A stretch of DNA of 60,617 nt, the filler included, from Catajapyx aquilonaris (Eukaryota), in assembly GCA_000934665.2 (NCBI GenBank). It is 4 parts of 4 records of this genome, joined end to end, with 100 filler letters (N's around TTAATTAATTAA, not from the genome) between each part and the next. Parts side by side here need not be neighbours in the genome. Positions count along the whole stretch, not along the records: positions 30,372 to 45,441 come from JYFJ02007610.1; positions 45,542 to 60,617 come from JYFJ02007611.1; 2 more parts are not named here. One strand, given 5' to 3'. Positions within the stretch are counted from its first letter, which is position 1, and every line of letters begins with the position of its first letter. The notes beneath the pieces are model-generated. The model was given only the letters and a program-made list of their open reading frames with translations, made no database searches and was not told where the DNA came from. This document shows positions 42,357 through 54,166 of this stretch, one piece after another. Both the position numbers and the translations under genes were made by a program.

Positions 42357-43194
42357 TTCTCCCTATCTTAAATCAGGCATCACCTCGTGATGTCTGGATC
42401 CTCAATCTACATAGTGAACTGCACATAATATCTTTTTAAATTACATGTCGCCAGGAAGTACAAAATTTATATCCTAAAGCAATTAACACAGAATGATTTA
42501 TGACAACTTGGTTTCAAGGAAGGTGTGGGTTTAACAAGTTGGAGACTCCATCTTTGGCAGTGTGGCTGGAGTATGGTCTTGTTCAGTGTCCCGTTCCGCT
42601 GCGCGTGTCCGTATTGTCTGCCCGCTCTTCGAATTTGCCTGGCTGACGCCTGCTTCTTTTCTGTTGTGGCCATCAACTGACCGGTGGGTGGCATGTGGGT
42701 TGTGGCAACTGCCACGACGTGGATGTCGTCATCCGCCAGAGTCCTCTTGCATCGTGTGATGTTCCAGTTTGTCCATCTTGCCTTATCTGTCGGTCTCACT
42801 CTCGACTGGTTTAGGGATTACTTCGAGGGGTGTAGGATTAACTTAGGACCTGTTGTCACCCATAAGACTGTTTGCTGAGTTTCTACCTTACCACAATCAC
42901 TTCTTCCTGATTACATTTGCAAATATCACTTTAAATCAGTATATCTCTCGTACTAAGTTATTTCGCATAAAGGTTCTATTACTCAACTTTGCATCTCATT
43001 AAAAAATAATAATACTCATATACATAGCTTCATATATCGCTCCCCCCTTCATATAAAACACACACCCCCAAAACATAACAGCGCAACCCAAAAAAAGTAC
43101 CCTTCCTATTGTTTATCCATACGCATGCACTGTACAAGTTTATGCATGGGGGCCCTCCATAGCATAAGCAATGCACCCGCTTCTCTTAAAACCC

Positions 43195-44057
43195 CTATTC
43201 TATTACCCGGGGTGTCTCATTGACGATCACCTCCGGATGCTCCCGTGAATCCCCTTGCTCTGCAATTCGCGCCAAACGTTCTGACCTAAGTCTATACAAC
43301 CTATATCCTATAAACAACAAAACCAGCAGCGTCAACCCTAACGCAGTTGCTGCTGACACATGTGGACTCCACTTCTCCACCCATGTTCCCGTATCGCTTG
43401 TGAAGGAGTGATCAGGTCCCTCACCTAGCTTATCGCTTAACCTTACGACGTCATCTATGTTTATTTGCTCCGCCCCCTTCATCGCACCACGTAGTGTGCG
43501 AAGCCTATCATCCAGGGCATCAAACTCATCCTGCGATTTATCCCCAAGTTTGCTATCATGCAACACTTTACTTAGCGCCACTTCCTCTAATTCACTCAAA
43601 ATACTATTAATGTGGGGTAAAACAATGTGCTCTGAAGCACCCTTACTTATGTGGCTGATCCCCCTAATTCCATTCGATATTCTAATTCCCGTGCCAAAAG
43701 CCGTGCACCCGGCGCCTAACTCTAGACTGCCCTGCCCTTGTATGGCGATATCCTGGGTGGCTATATTCAGTGCCCTCAGCCCATCTGCGCCTATGTCGTC
43801 ATCCCCCGCGCGTACCTTATCGCATTTAATCACCAAATTCATTAACCTAGGTACATTGTATAGCCAATGTCCCCCTGTGCCCACACGCACGAAAATAGGC
43901 TCGTAGTCTATTACCACCGACCTATGACAAAGACTTGACTCTAATCCATACCCCGAAATTAATGTAAATAAGCATGTCACACTCGGTTTGGAGTACCTAA
44001 CCCTTGGTAAATCGCATATCTTAATATATCCCATCTTACAATTGAAGGGGTCGGTGA
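43195..44057 (-). CDS. Envelope fusion protein C-terminal half (baculovirus F / errantivirus env-like), 5'-truncated
   Basis: Cys pattern C..ICDLP..C..C..HWLYNVP..IKC..IQGQGSLELGAGCTA, a heptad-like segment, TM helix SAATALGLTLLVLLFIGY and a basic stop-transfer. The first ~20 aa of the called ORF derive from the insertion at 44058. Confidence 0.75.
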
Positions 44058-44345
44058 GAGATAATCGTAAGCCACACAAAGTTGTTTTTGAGAAAAACGC
44101 ATTTGAAACTTTGATCAAATCTATAAATCAGAATCCTTTAAATGTATGACTTTTTTGAGTGCCAATTACATGTTGATGTCGTTTTTTACTCGTCTGATGT
44201 TTCAAAAGTTGTTAACTTTATGATTTCGCATTGTAATGATTTCTTTTTTGGAGCTATGTTTCACTATCAGTCAAAATACAGATTGATATAGTCGTAAGCC
44301 ACATTTATAAATGTGGCTTACGACTATATCAACCTGTATTTTGAA
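44058..44345. mobile_element. Sola-like non-autonomous element end inserted into env (extent to the right unknown)
   Basis: Shares TGAGAAAAACGCATTTGAAA with the Sola end at ~34100. The terminal motif CGTAAGCCACA recurs in a perfect 50-bp palindrome at 44283-44332. Confidence 0.55.
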
Positions 44346-45441
44346 GTAAAAGTAAAGGAGCATTGGTTTTCAGCATTATTATTTTTTAATGAAAAATATA
44401 TCATCTTAGGCTATATGGGGAAAGTGTTTTTATTATGATTAAAGCAACAAAATATGTATGCAACAGAGCAACAAAATATGCAAGAAAGCATTTCCGTATC
44501 ACTGCTGAAATCTATAATATTAAAATGCTTGCGTTGTGTGTATAAGCCCTCTGATTGGTCCACCCCCGTATTGTTGCCTCCACCTCTTCCCATTGGCCCC
44601 CGTCCATTGTTGCTGCGTCGTATCCATGACGCATTGTTACCAAGACGCCTCTGATTGGCCCCCGTTCCGAGCATGCGCAGTGGGGGTGGAACACGTCCAG
44701 TTGCCTACTGGCCCCCTTGGGAGAAGGTCGCTTTTTTTCGTCTCTCCCGCCGCCGTCATCGTCCCCCTGCCGGACCTTTACCCCTTCCCCACCTACGCTA
44801 CCTGTCCCCCATTCGCCACGGGTCACTGGTGGTTATTGAAAAATGGCCGTAGGCACTGGTGGAGACGGGTGGAGAATAATGTAAGTTCGAAATTTACCAT
44901 TGCTGATCGGGCTGCTTAGGAACTGCTTAGGCCTACCCATGCGCGGTGCGGTAAGGGTGCAGTTTAGAGCCGCAAAAGTCTTACAGGTTTCTATATATTT
45001 TCTGAATCTACTCGATGAGATGAGTCGAATGACACTATTCCTAGTGTGCGGACATGCTTGGTGCAAGAGTAATTGAACTTTGTAATTGCAAGTAATAACA
45101 ATTAATAAATGAAAATAAACAAGTGTTCCTTTGTTGAAACAGTTTACTCCCATTGTTGAGTGAACGAATATCCATGGCAATTTTAAACGTAGTTTGGGGG
45201 TTGTGTGTTCGCAGCAATACTGTCCGCCTTGTGGTGGCGTAGATGTGGGTGTTGCGGATGTGGATGTGGCAAAGCCACAATAACGTTCGTTGGCCTGCGG
45301 CGCCACAAGACGGACAGTAAATGTTGCGGATACAGAAACCCACGATAAGCGCCCAGCTCCGCTATCGCTCCGCAAAAACTAAAAATATCACGCACAGGCG
45401 ACGTACCGTGCCTGGCAGGGCCACAAGACGGACAGTACTGG

Positions 45442-45541
45442 NNNNNNNNNNNNNNNNNNNNNNNNNNNNNNNNNNNNNNNNNNNNTTAATTAATTAANNN
45501 NNNNNNNNNNNNNNNNNNNNNNNNNNNNNNNNNNNNNNNNN
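45442..45541. other. Assembly gap with TTAATTAATTAA spacer
   Basis: N run with linker. Confidence 0.95.
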
Positions 45542-46054
45542 CGGCGGCCATGTTGGGCCAGCATGTAGCCCTCCCCTTTCGTACCTGTAAAGTTCAGCCT
45601 TAGTCCGGTAGGGTCGCCACATGATAGCTCTGGGAAATGTCTCGTGGCGCTCTCAAGTGAGCACCCGGTGCGTAATCCCTAGGCAGGGGGTGGGTGGGGA
45701 GTGACCAGACCTTATCTTCTATGGCCGTGGTTCCAGCGCGTAAAGCCAGCACGACCTCGCCTGCGCGCCATCGTGCGGGAGGGCCGGGAAGCTCAAAAGA
45801 GAGGGGGGAGGGGAGAAGCGGCGAAGTCTAAATCTGGCGCTTATTTTAAAGCAAGGTAGATTGAGTTTACGCCTAGAGGGCTAGGTAGGGGCCCGCCTGG
45901 GCCCGCCTACTCCTCCTTTTCTGTCAAACATGCAAAATATGAACCCGGAGGAGATGGATGCTGTATCAGTCGCAATAAAAAAGTTGTTCCAGAATGAATT
46001 GAATTAATTTAACAAGTGAAAACACTAGCTGGAGCTCGGAGGCATTTTTTTATC

Positions 46055-46187
46055 TATGTGACGAAAGGGAGATTATCGTGCTATAGCACGATAATCTCCC
46101 TTTCGTCACATAACGTTCACGACGACCTCTTCCCACTTTGCTAAAAGTATACTTTCAGCAAAGTGGGAAGATGTCGTCGTGAACGTT
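46055..46187. repeat. Two abutting palindromes (58 bp perfect; 76 bp near-perfect)
   Basis: TATGTGACGAAAGGGAGATTATCGTGCTA|TAGCACGATAATCTCCCTTTCGTCACATA, followed by AACGTTCACGACGAC...GTCGTCGTGAACGTT. Confidence 0.95.
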
Positions 46188-46320
46188 TACGTGATTTTCT
46201 ATAGCTATTGAAATGCCACCCTTGCCCAATTTCCGCACTTACCCCAACTTATGCATTTTGATGGGAAATTATGGTATTTCAGAGACTGCATTATTCTTGT
46301 ATGCGAAGATTTTATTATAG

Positions 46321-46476
46321 TGATCAAGGGGGTAACCACTTCGGTACTCCGGTGTACACCTGCGAGTGGTACTCCCAGGTACTCCTCAGGTACCTCACTC
46401 TTTATTGCTCCTTGGTACTCCTTGAATTTGGTACTCCAGTGTACACTTTTCAGTCGAGTGATTACCCCCTTGATCA
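46321..46476. mobile_element. Small MITE with internal GGTACTCC repeats
   Basis: Ends TGATCAAGGGGGTAA / TTACCCCCTTGATCA, with five GGTACTCC copies inside. Confidence 0.7.
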
Positions 46477-49395
46477 GGGCCGTACGCAGGATTTTTGTTC
46501 GGAGGGGGTTTGCTATCTTACACCTCCTCCTCCTCCCCCCCCCCCAGCTNCCCCCCAGCTCGATCACGGTATAATAAATAATGTGTGTTCAAGGTCACAC
46601 AAACTTAGGTGAATGTAACTGACAAAGTACAGTGGAATCTTCCTAAAGCACATCGACTGTAAGCAAGCTCTACAGTAAGCCCTGCATATAATAACCACCC
46701 ACTCACACGCGCGTTAGCGCGCGAATTTTCGTTGATGATTTTGATCTAGCAATAATGAATTGAAAGGGGTTTTATATTACTGTGATATTTTATAAGCGCG
46801 ACATGGATGCATCTTATGACTGCCTAAGCAAAGATATGGCTAAAATAAACATGGCCTCGTAAATTTTATACGTCTATACTCTAATTATATATAATCCTCC
46901 TCCTCCATGGGTAGTGCCTGACCATGGGGTATGCGACACGGACCTTTATTGTAACTTGTAGTACAGAGAACAGTGAGACCATATTTTTGAAACGCCCGGG
47001 TCTATACTCATTCTCTGGTTCTCTACATTCCCCCGATCTTCCCTTCTCTTCGCGACTCGGAGGTCCTCTCTCCAAATTGTTTGCCGCACAATGATTTTTA
47101 TGGTAGTATTTAGGTAGCAAGTGCACTTGGTTACAGCAGGCCAGTGTTGGACTTGGTGTATGCCGCAGGAGTTACGAACGGCATATTGCTAATTCTGCTT
47201 GACAGGTTTTGTCCGAAGGTATGCAGTACCAGTGTAATATAGATCTACATATAGGCCGACAGAGTGTGTTCCAAATATCCTAGTCCTATTAGTTAGAGTA
47301 TTTCGCCCGAAGGAGTAGTTTTTGCGCACCTTTCGCCCCCCCCCCCTCGAAGGAGGTGCCCATTCCCCAATTATTCCCAGGGTGTCCAATATAGGCTAGC
47401 AGTTTCTACTGTAGGCCTATATGATTGGGAACATTGATCGGGGCGCAAGTAGCACCACAAAAATAACTACACTTCGGGCGACATTAGCAATAATAAGGAC
47501 CCGGATATTTGGAACCAGAACTGTTTGGAACACACTGCATTAGCTTACATTGTACCCACTGACAAGATTCTTTTGTAATAATTAGAACAGCAACTACAAT
47601 ACGTTATTATGTTCTGACTTACAAAATTACGATACGTTAGCAGCGAAATCGCAAGTGCAGCATGACATGTTGCCTTCGTTCTCAGCAGACTGAAAGGAAA
47701 CTGCAACATTTCTATACATACTAAAATAGGATCAATAGTGTCGTTACGAGCTTGTGGAGATGTAAACAAAAATATTTCTTGCATGTAAAACAGTTTCTGT
47801 TGCAATGATTTCTGGGAAACCAGGATCTTGGCGAAGATATTTCTGACAGCTCCGATCATGCTGCTTGCTGATAGTCTAACAACTATCAGACAGTGTTAAA
47901 TACGGAATTTTCATGTCATGTTACCCTGCTTGCTGTGACTGACTCAAGTGATGTAAACTGGTAGAATTAAATTCAAAAGTACTGTAATTTAAAAAGAAAT
48001 TAAAAAGTTACAATATAATATATTCTATTTTATGCATTCAGAAATTCCTGAATAAGTAAAATGACTATGATAAATTTGGTAAATCAATTAAATATATTCA
48101 TTTCTGTAGTTAATATAATTAGTTGTAAATAGTATTTTAAATAAATCCTTCCATAATAAATGATACAGTAAACTTATATTACACGAACTGTACCGTATAC
48201 AACTAAGCCTGTCATATACAACAGCCAACTAAGGCTACAAGTACAAAAGCTGGACGCATAATCAATATCACAAAAAAGTACCCTAGGCCTACATAAAAAC
48301 AGTGTCTTATTGCAAACGGCAACTGTTATGCCTTCATTGCATTGGTAATGCAAGTGTCACCTACGCCTACATACTCTACATTCAGGCCACATGCTGGTAA
48401 TCTCTCCGTCACCTGTGAGTAAATTAATTAGCCTGCAATTTTTGGTGGTCATATAGGCGGGCGGGGGTCATGGCATTGGATTAAATCTTAGCGACTTTGG
48501 TCGGATCGAAGGGGGTTAAGCCCACGATTGGTTAGCACGCACGCCCCTTAACCCGCGAGCGCCATAACCATGTACTACCCTCTCCACCCCCACCCCATTT
48601 CCCCAGCCCTTAATTTAGCTCCCTGCACGCTGCTTTATTTTACCCGTTTCCTGGTAGCCCCTCCTTGGCTCATGCACCTTCCACGTGAAGACACGATTTT
48701 CTCAAGTGTCCCTACAATCAATGCTAAAAAGAATCCTAACGCTGCTCTCAAGTCGTTTGTCCATCTAATTTATGAAGTGTGCTCCATTCTATAGTATAAA
48801 TATGCAATCATTTAAGTACTTGCACATAAAAAGGCGTCAGAAATTTCTGGCGAGTTTTCTAACAATCAGTAACTGCTGGTGCACCATATAAATCACGAAT
48901 ATTTAAATCGGCACCATGCAACTAAAAACACAATTTCTTGTGTATCCTTCGTGCGGTACCCATACGGTACCGTCACCACAGTTCCTTTCTGCTGAATGAT
49001 CCACAAGTGCGGTGTTTCAAAATTACATACAGGCCACCTATGAAAAAATGGATCAAAAGGTAAAGGCCTGGGCTCAAATGCAAGGCTTGAAGGTTAAATG
49101 GGTGCTTGCTATAGTATAATTAGCCTCATCCATCAAGATGTGAAAGCAGGCCTTCGCAGTGAATAGCCTACAGTATTCGAAACCACACCTACTCCCTCTC
49201 AGTATATAAGCTCTCTACATCAAGGAGTTTTAAATATATATTTTAAAAAGTGATTTTCCACTGCCCGGCAAAAAGGTTTGGATCAACTGGTGTCCGTGGA
49301 ACGGAAGCCTTTCAGTTCTGCGGGCTCAATAAAAAGGAGTCACAATATATTACAAAGAAAGGTATAGGTACTGTATGCAATAACATGTACCTATA

Positions 49396-49812
49396 CAGGT
49401 AGTCCCCGGTCTACGAACGGGGTTACGTTCCTGAAAATGTCGATAAGTCGGATTTGTACTGGATTTGTACGTAACTTAAAAAGGCGCTGAGGAACAGCGC
49501 ATATATAAAGCGCAAAGATACTGCTCCAACTAACCACTAACGTCATGTGTGCCTGTTTACATGCGCGAAGAGCATAGTTTCTCCATTATTATTTATTAAT
49601 TATTCAGTGTTTATGTTGAACTTGGTGTCGGTCAACGTACGCAAAAGTGATTAATAGTGGAGGAACAATAATATATTTCCTTCTGTGGGGCCTCAAGGCT
49701 CCACAGAAGGAAAATTTATAATTGTTTACGAACGACCCGATATTATACAGCGATCCCTGGGTTACTTACGAACGGGGCCGTAGGTCGGGTCGTTCGTAAA
49801 CCGGGGACTGCG
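49396..49812. mobile_element. pogo/Tigger-like MITE
   Basis: TA then CAGGTAGTCCCCGGTCTACGAACG; right end CGTTCGTAAACCGGGGACTGC. Internal hairpin at ~49677-49712. Confidence 0.75.
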
Positions 49813-50214
49813 TATGGTATCAAGGCAAGTGTAGCATGACTAACAGGGCCCGGCTTATAAAAACTGATTCATGTAAGCAGTTGTAGTGTACTAAACCCCA
49901 TGTGACATACAGTGCGTACAGTACAGCGGCATTGGGGCTCTGGGGGCTCTACCTCAAATATTTTAATCCGCAAGTTTTTATATATTTTACTTTTCCATTG
50001 TCTAATGAAATGGGATAGCCTACATCATGGCATAAGATGGTGGGTTGGATGTTTCATGTTCTTCGTATCGCATATCATTCTTGTGACATCAGCTGCACAA
50101 GATAAGCTAAATAATGCATTATTCGCGAGCCTTATCAAGCAGTAAACTACTGTACCACGATACATAGAAAAATTATGGGCAGTCTATTGTTACGAGTATA
50201 ATGTTGAATTATTA

Positions 50215-50812
50215 CAGTAAAACTTCTATAAGTCGAACTTCCCTCAGTCGAAGTTCTCTATAAGTCGAAGAAAATGACGAGCTTGGTTGGTCACAATGTA
50301 AAATAATAGGAAATAAACTTCCCTAACTCGAATTTCTATAACTCGAAGTTCTCCATAACTCGAAGTGCAGGCAGGGCCTTACGATGGGATATCAATGCAT
50401 TTTCAGTCTCCCTAAGTCCAAGTTTATGTTGGCGAGTACGGAAAATTTTCTCGTTTCCCAGCCAAAGAGTCGAGAGTATAGGCCACATGTAGGCCTACAG
50501 AAAGGCTCAATTTCCTCATCTCCGTCTACCAGACGTAATACCGAAAGAAGTGTGACAATTGAATCCTTGAATCTATAAGAGTAGGCAAATGTACATAACT
50601 GATGAGTTTTTTTTACACCAAAACAATGAGGAACATTGTAAGTGTGATAGTGACAGTTATTTTTAAGTTTTGAACACCTTTCGTCGCTGGATATAAATGT
50701 AGGCTTCCTTATAGGGTTATGTGCTTTAAAAAATCCAAACTTCTCTAACTCGAATCTTCTATAACTCGAAGATTTTTCCCGGTCCCATGGAGATTCGACT
50801 GGAGTTTTACTG
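50215..50812. mobile_element. pogo/Tigger-like MITE with subterminal TAA(C/G)TCGAA repeats
   Basis: TA-CAGTAAAACT ... AGTTTTACTG-TA, with repeated CTATAA(G/C)TCGAA motifs near both ends. Confidence 0.85.
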
Positions 50813-52459
50813 TATTATATTTGGAAATAGGTCCATGAATTCAACAGTATATCAACACACTGTATATTATATGCTAGGGCTACATAATTCATATTATGTG
50901 CTCTACCTTAAAATATGTTACTCTGCCTAAGTGGACAATCCGAAAGACGGGGGAAGGACAAGGAACACCCTGCTGTATGTAGCCTAAAAGAGAAAAAAGA
51001 GAAGACGATGCGATTAACCATACACGCTACAAGATTCACAATACTGTATTTTGAGATGTACAATAATACCATATACATGTATTTAAAAATAATGTACTTG
51101 TATGAACAATGTATTTAAAATACGTAGATTTTGAAAGTCAGACCCATGACACGTTATTTTTTCCTACTAACTTACAATATGCTATTTTCGCAGAGGGTGT
51201 GAGTCGTAAAATATCGCATAATATTATACATTATTATTACTAGTTATTAGGATTGCAAATGAGACTCTTACTCTGATACGTAGGCATAATTATATGCTAA
51301 GTATTAAATCTTCCTAATTCTAATTGCACATAAGTGAAGTGAAGGCCTATAAAAATTAATGTCTCTTGCAGACCTATCATAATTAATGACTCAAGCATTT
51401 ACCGGTACTTTGTCTTATAATGTTGTGTGATTGAAGAGCCAAAGTGTGCCTGTCGTTGTGGCACTTCGGAACTGCAACGTGTAGTCCCACACTGCACACA
51501 ATGTAATAGGACATGGTCTTATTATTTAAGTAGGCGGATTTACACTTGATTTACCTCGATTATTATAAGAATATTAATTTTTCTGATCAACAATATACGC
51601 TTTTATTGCCGTATTAATATTACCCGTGAAGGGCGCGGTAAATAAAAACCGGAGAAAAATCGAATGGAATCATATTAGTGCTGGCATGAGCAAATCATCC
51701 GGCTTGAAGGGCAAAATAAAAATTCTGACAAGTGAGATGTAAAAATTCTCCGGAAGTTGGACGTATAAAGCTTCGCTTTTTGACTCAAAAATGAATTTTC
51801 TGGGAAAAGTGTGACCATGCGGATATTTTATGCTGTCGCATTGTTGTTCGAAGTTAAACAATTATTCAGCTGCATATAAATAGTATGCAGTTAATATTGT
51901 TATAGTGTAATTCAATTTTATACCCGTATGTTCCACTGAATCATAAAAATTCGTCGCTGACATGCAAAAAAAAAATGGTGCAAAAGGTTAAGGTGCCGAA
52001 AATGTGATGAATTAGGCATTCCCAGTTACACATTTTCTTCTGGGAAACAATCATAATGACTCCAGAAAGTGCTTGAGGGCATGGGGTAAGGTTGACAGGG
52101 GGGGGGGAGGGGGAGGGTGAGGGCAAAGAAAAAAAGAGTGGGCGATAAAAAGAAACCGAAGCAATGTCGTGGGTCGCGTGAATGGGCTGCAAGGGTGAAG
52201 GGGGGATGGGGTTGGGAGGTAAGGGGTGGCCGTGGAGGGAACTGCATCCGGCGCCTGTAAATCACGGTTGCTGGTGGGGGGTGGGGGAGTGGGGAGAGGT
52301 TAGAAAGTACGTCACGAGTGCTGCAGGACCAATCAGGGCCAGGTCACGTGGTTCAAAAGTCAGCAGGAGAATTGACCCCCCCTCCCCCACACCTCCCTGG
52401 GTTATTCAGTGTGGGAACCATCCTGGTGTGGTGGTGGTGGCGCCGGCGCCAGAGCAACC

Positions 52460-54166
52460 ATGGCGGCGCCATCCGAGTTTAAAAGGTCCAAGATACCTGT
52501 ACCTGAGTACTCCACTTTGGCCGCCTCACAGTGGAACCAGTGGGGACAGTGGGCGGCACACCAACAGCCACAACCACTCCACCATCATCCGAGAGGTCTT
52601 CCTCCAGAAGAAGAAGACGAAAGTGGTGGTGGTTCATCCGGTACTCGCATAACCGAACTCTGCCGAGGATCGCTCATACCCAGACGAAGACATAGTTTTA
52701 GCCATCAAGGTGGTAGTGGTAATGGTGCGACCCCTGTTTCCGCGGCATCAGTGGCACCAGTGGCACCAACAGTGCCGGCGCCAGTGCCTGTCACAGGCAG
52801 CACAAGTAGCAGCAGCAACTCTAGAGGACCTGCCAGCAGACCAATGGACTTTGCATACAACTCGTACGGTGGCAGCCGAAGGGAGTCTCCTGCACCATAT
52901 TCATTTGCGCCACAGTATCTGGGAGCGGGTCATCAGACCAGGAGCAGTTCGCAAGAACGGTTTCAAGGTCTCCATCCGGGTGGCAGAGTCGAAGACCGAC
53001 GAAGAGGTGCCAATAGTACCAATGGTCGGCCTATAGTACCTCAGGATGAACTATGGCACACGACGGCCCCACCGCCACCGGGTGCGCCACCACCCCTGGG
53101 GCTAGGGCTGGTTTCCATGACCCTCCCAACAGCATCCATGGTCAGCAATCCTTTTCAACACCAGTTTCAACATCATTCCCACCTTACCGGTGTAACAGCT
53201 GCCAGAGCCGCTTCGCTGTCCCCCCCAGTGCCTACACCTCCTCCGCCGATGCCATCTTCCTCTTCTTCCATGGGATTCTTACCAGTGGCGCTTAGTAGGC
53301 GCATACAAGACACGCAGCGGTTGTTGAGGCGAGAACCAGATGACGGCTTGCAAGAGATGATGGCTGCGGAAGGCCTCATGGCAAATGGGCCGCTTGGTGG
53401 TGGAGGACCATTACTAGGAGGACGAGACAGTCGGCAAAAGGTCAAGTCAAATCAAACCAAAGAAGAGGAGAGAAGGCAGACTGATAGTGACTCGGACAAG
53501 AGTATGAAGGGCGGTAAAAAGGGTAAGGACGGTAAGGGGCGACAGGATGGAGGAAGAAGTGGTAGAGGAGATCAGAGGGCTGGAGGTGCTGGTGGGGGTG
53601 GAGGTGGGGGAGGGGGAGGAGGCCGTGCTGGTGCTGGAGGTGCTGGTGGTGCTGGAGGTGGCGGGGGAGGAGGGGGAGGTGGAGATGGGGGCGGTGGAGG
53701 CAATGGTGGAGACGGTGGTGACAAGAAGGGTGACGACAAGAAAGACAAAAAAGATGACAAGAAAGACGATAAAAAAGACGATAAGAAGGACGACAAGAAA
53801 GATGACAAGAAAGATGACAAAAAGGATGATAAAAAGGATGACAAGAAAGACGAAAAGAAAAACGAGAAGGAAGAGGAAAAGAAGGAAAAGAAAGAAGATG
53901 AGAACAAGGACAAGGACAAGAAGGAGGAGGAAAAGAAGGGCGAAGAAAAACTTTCAAAAGAAGAGAGTCATGCAACAGAAAAGTCAGGTCCAGGGTCACC
54001 AGAACAAGTGGCCCATCACGTAGCTTCCAGTGTACCTCAACGAGTCCTTCTCCTTTGCCAAAAAAGCGACTGGGCAGCAGTGGACCAAGCACTTCGAAGT
54101 CTGGAGAAGAGCATCACTTTGGGAACTTCGGAAAATTCCACTCCATTGGCCACGATTATAGATGAG
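52460..54166 (+). CDS. nompC: First coding exon of a NompC/TRPN-like mechanosensory channel
   Basis: ATG in strong context (GCAACCATGG), 569 open codons, phase-0 donor GAG|GTGAGA. The exon ends QRVLLLCQKSDWAAVDQALRSLEKSITLGTSENSTPLATIIDE, resembling the conserved segment just before the first ankyrin repeat of NompC. No downstream exon was recognised in the window. Confidence 0.75.
53720..53860 (+). repeat. Coding 12-nt tandem repeat encoding (DDKK)n, preceded by poly-Gly
   Basis: GA(C/T)GA(C/T)AA(A/G)AA(A/G) units with synonymous variation, about 10 copies. Confidence 0.9.

Noticed and set aside
53442..54092. Antisense and alternative-frame ORFs over the Gly/DDKK region
   Set aside because: Shadows of low-complexity coding sequence on the plus strand.
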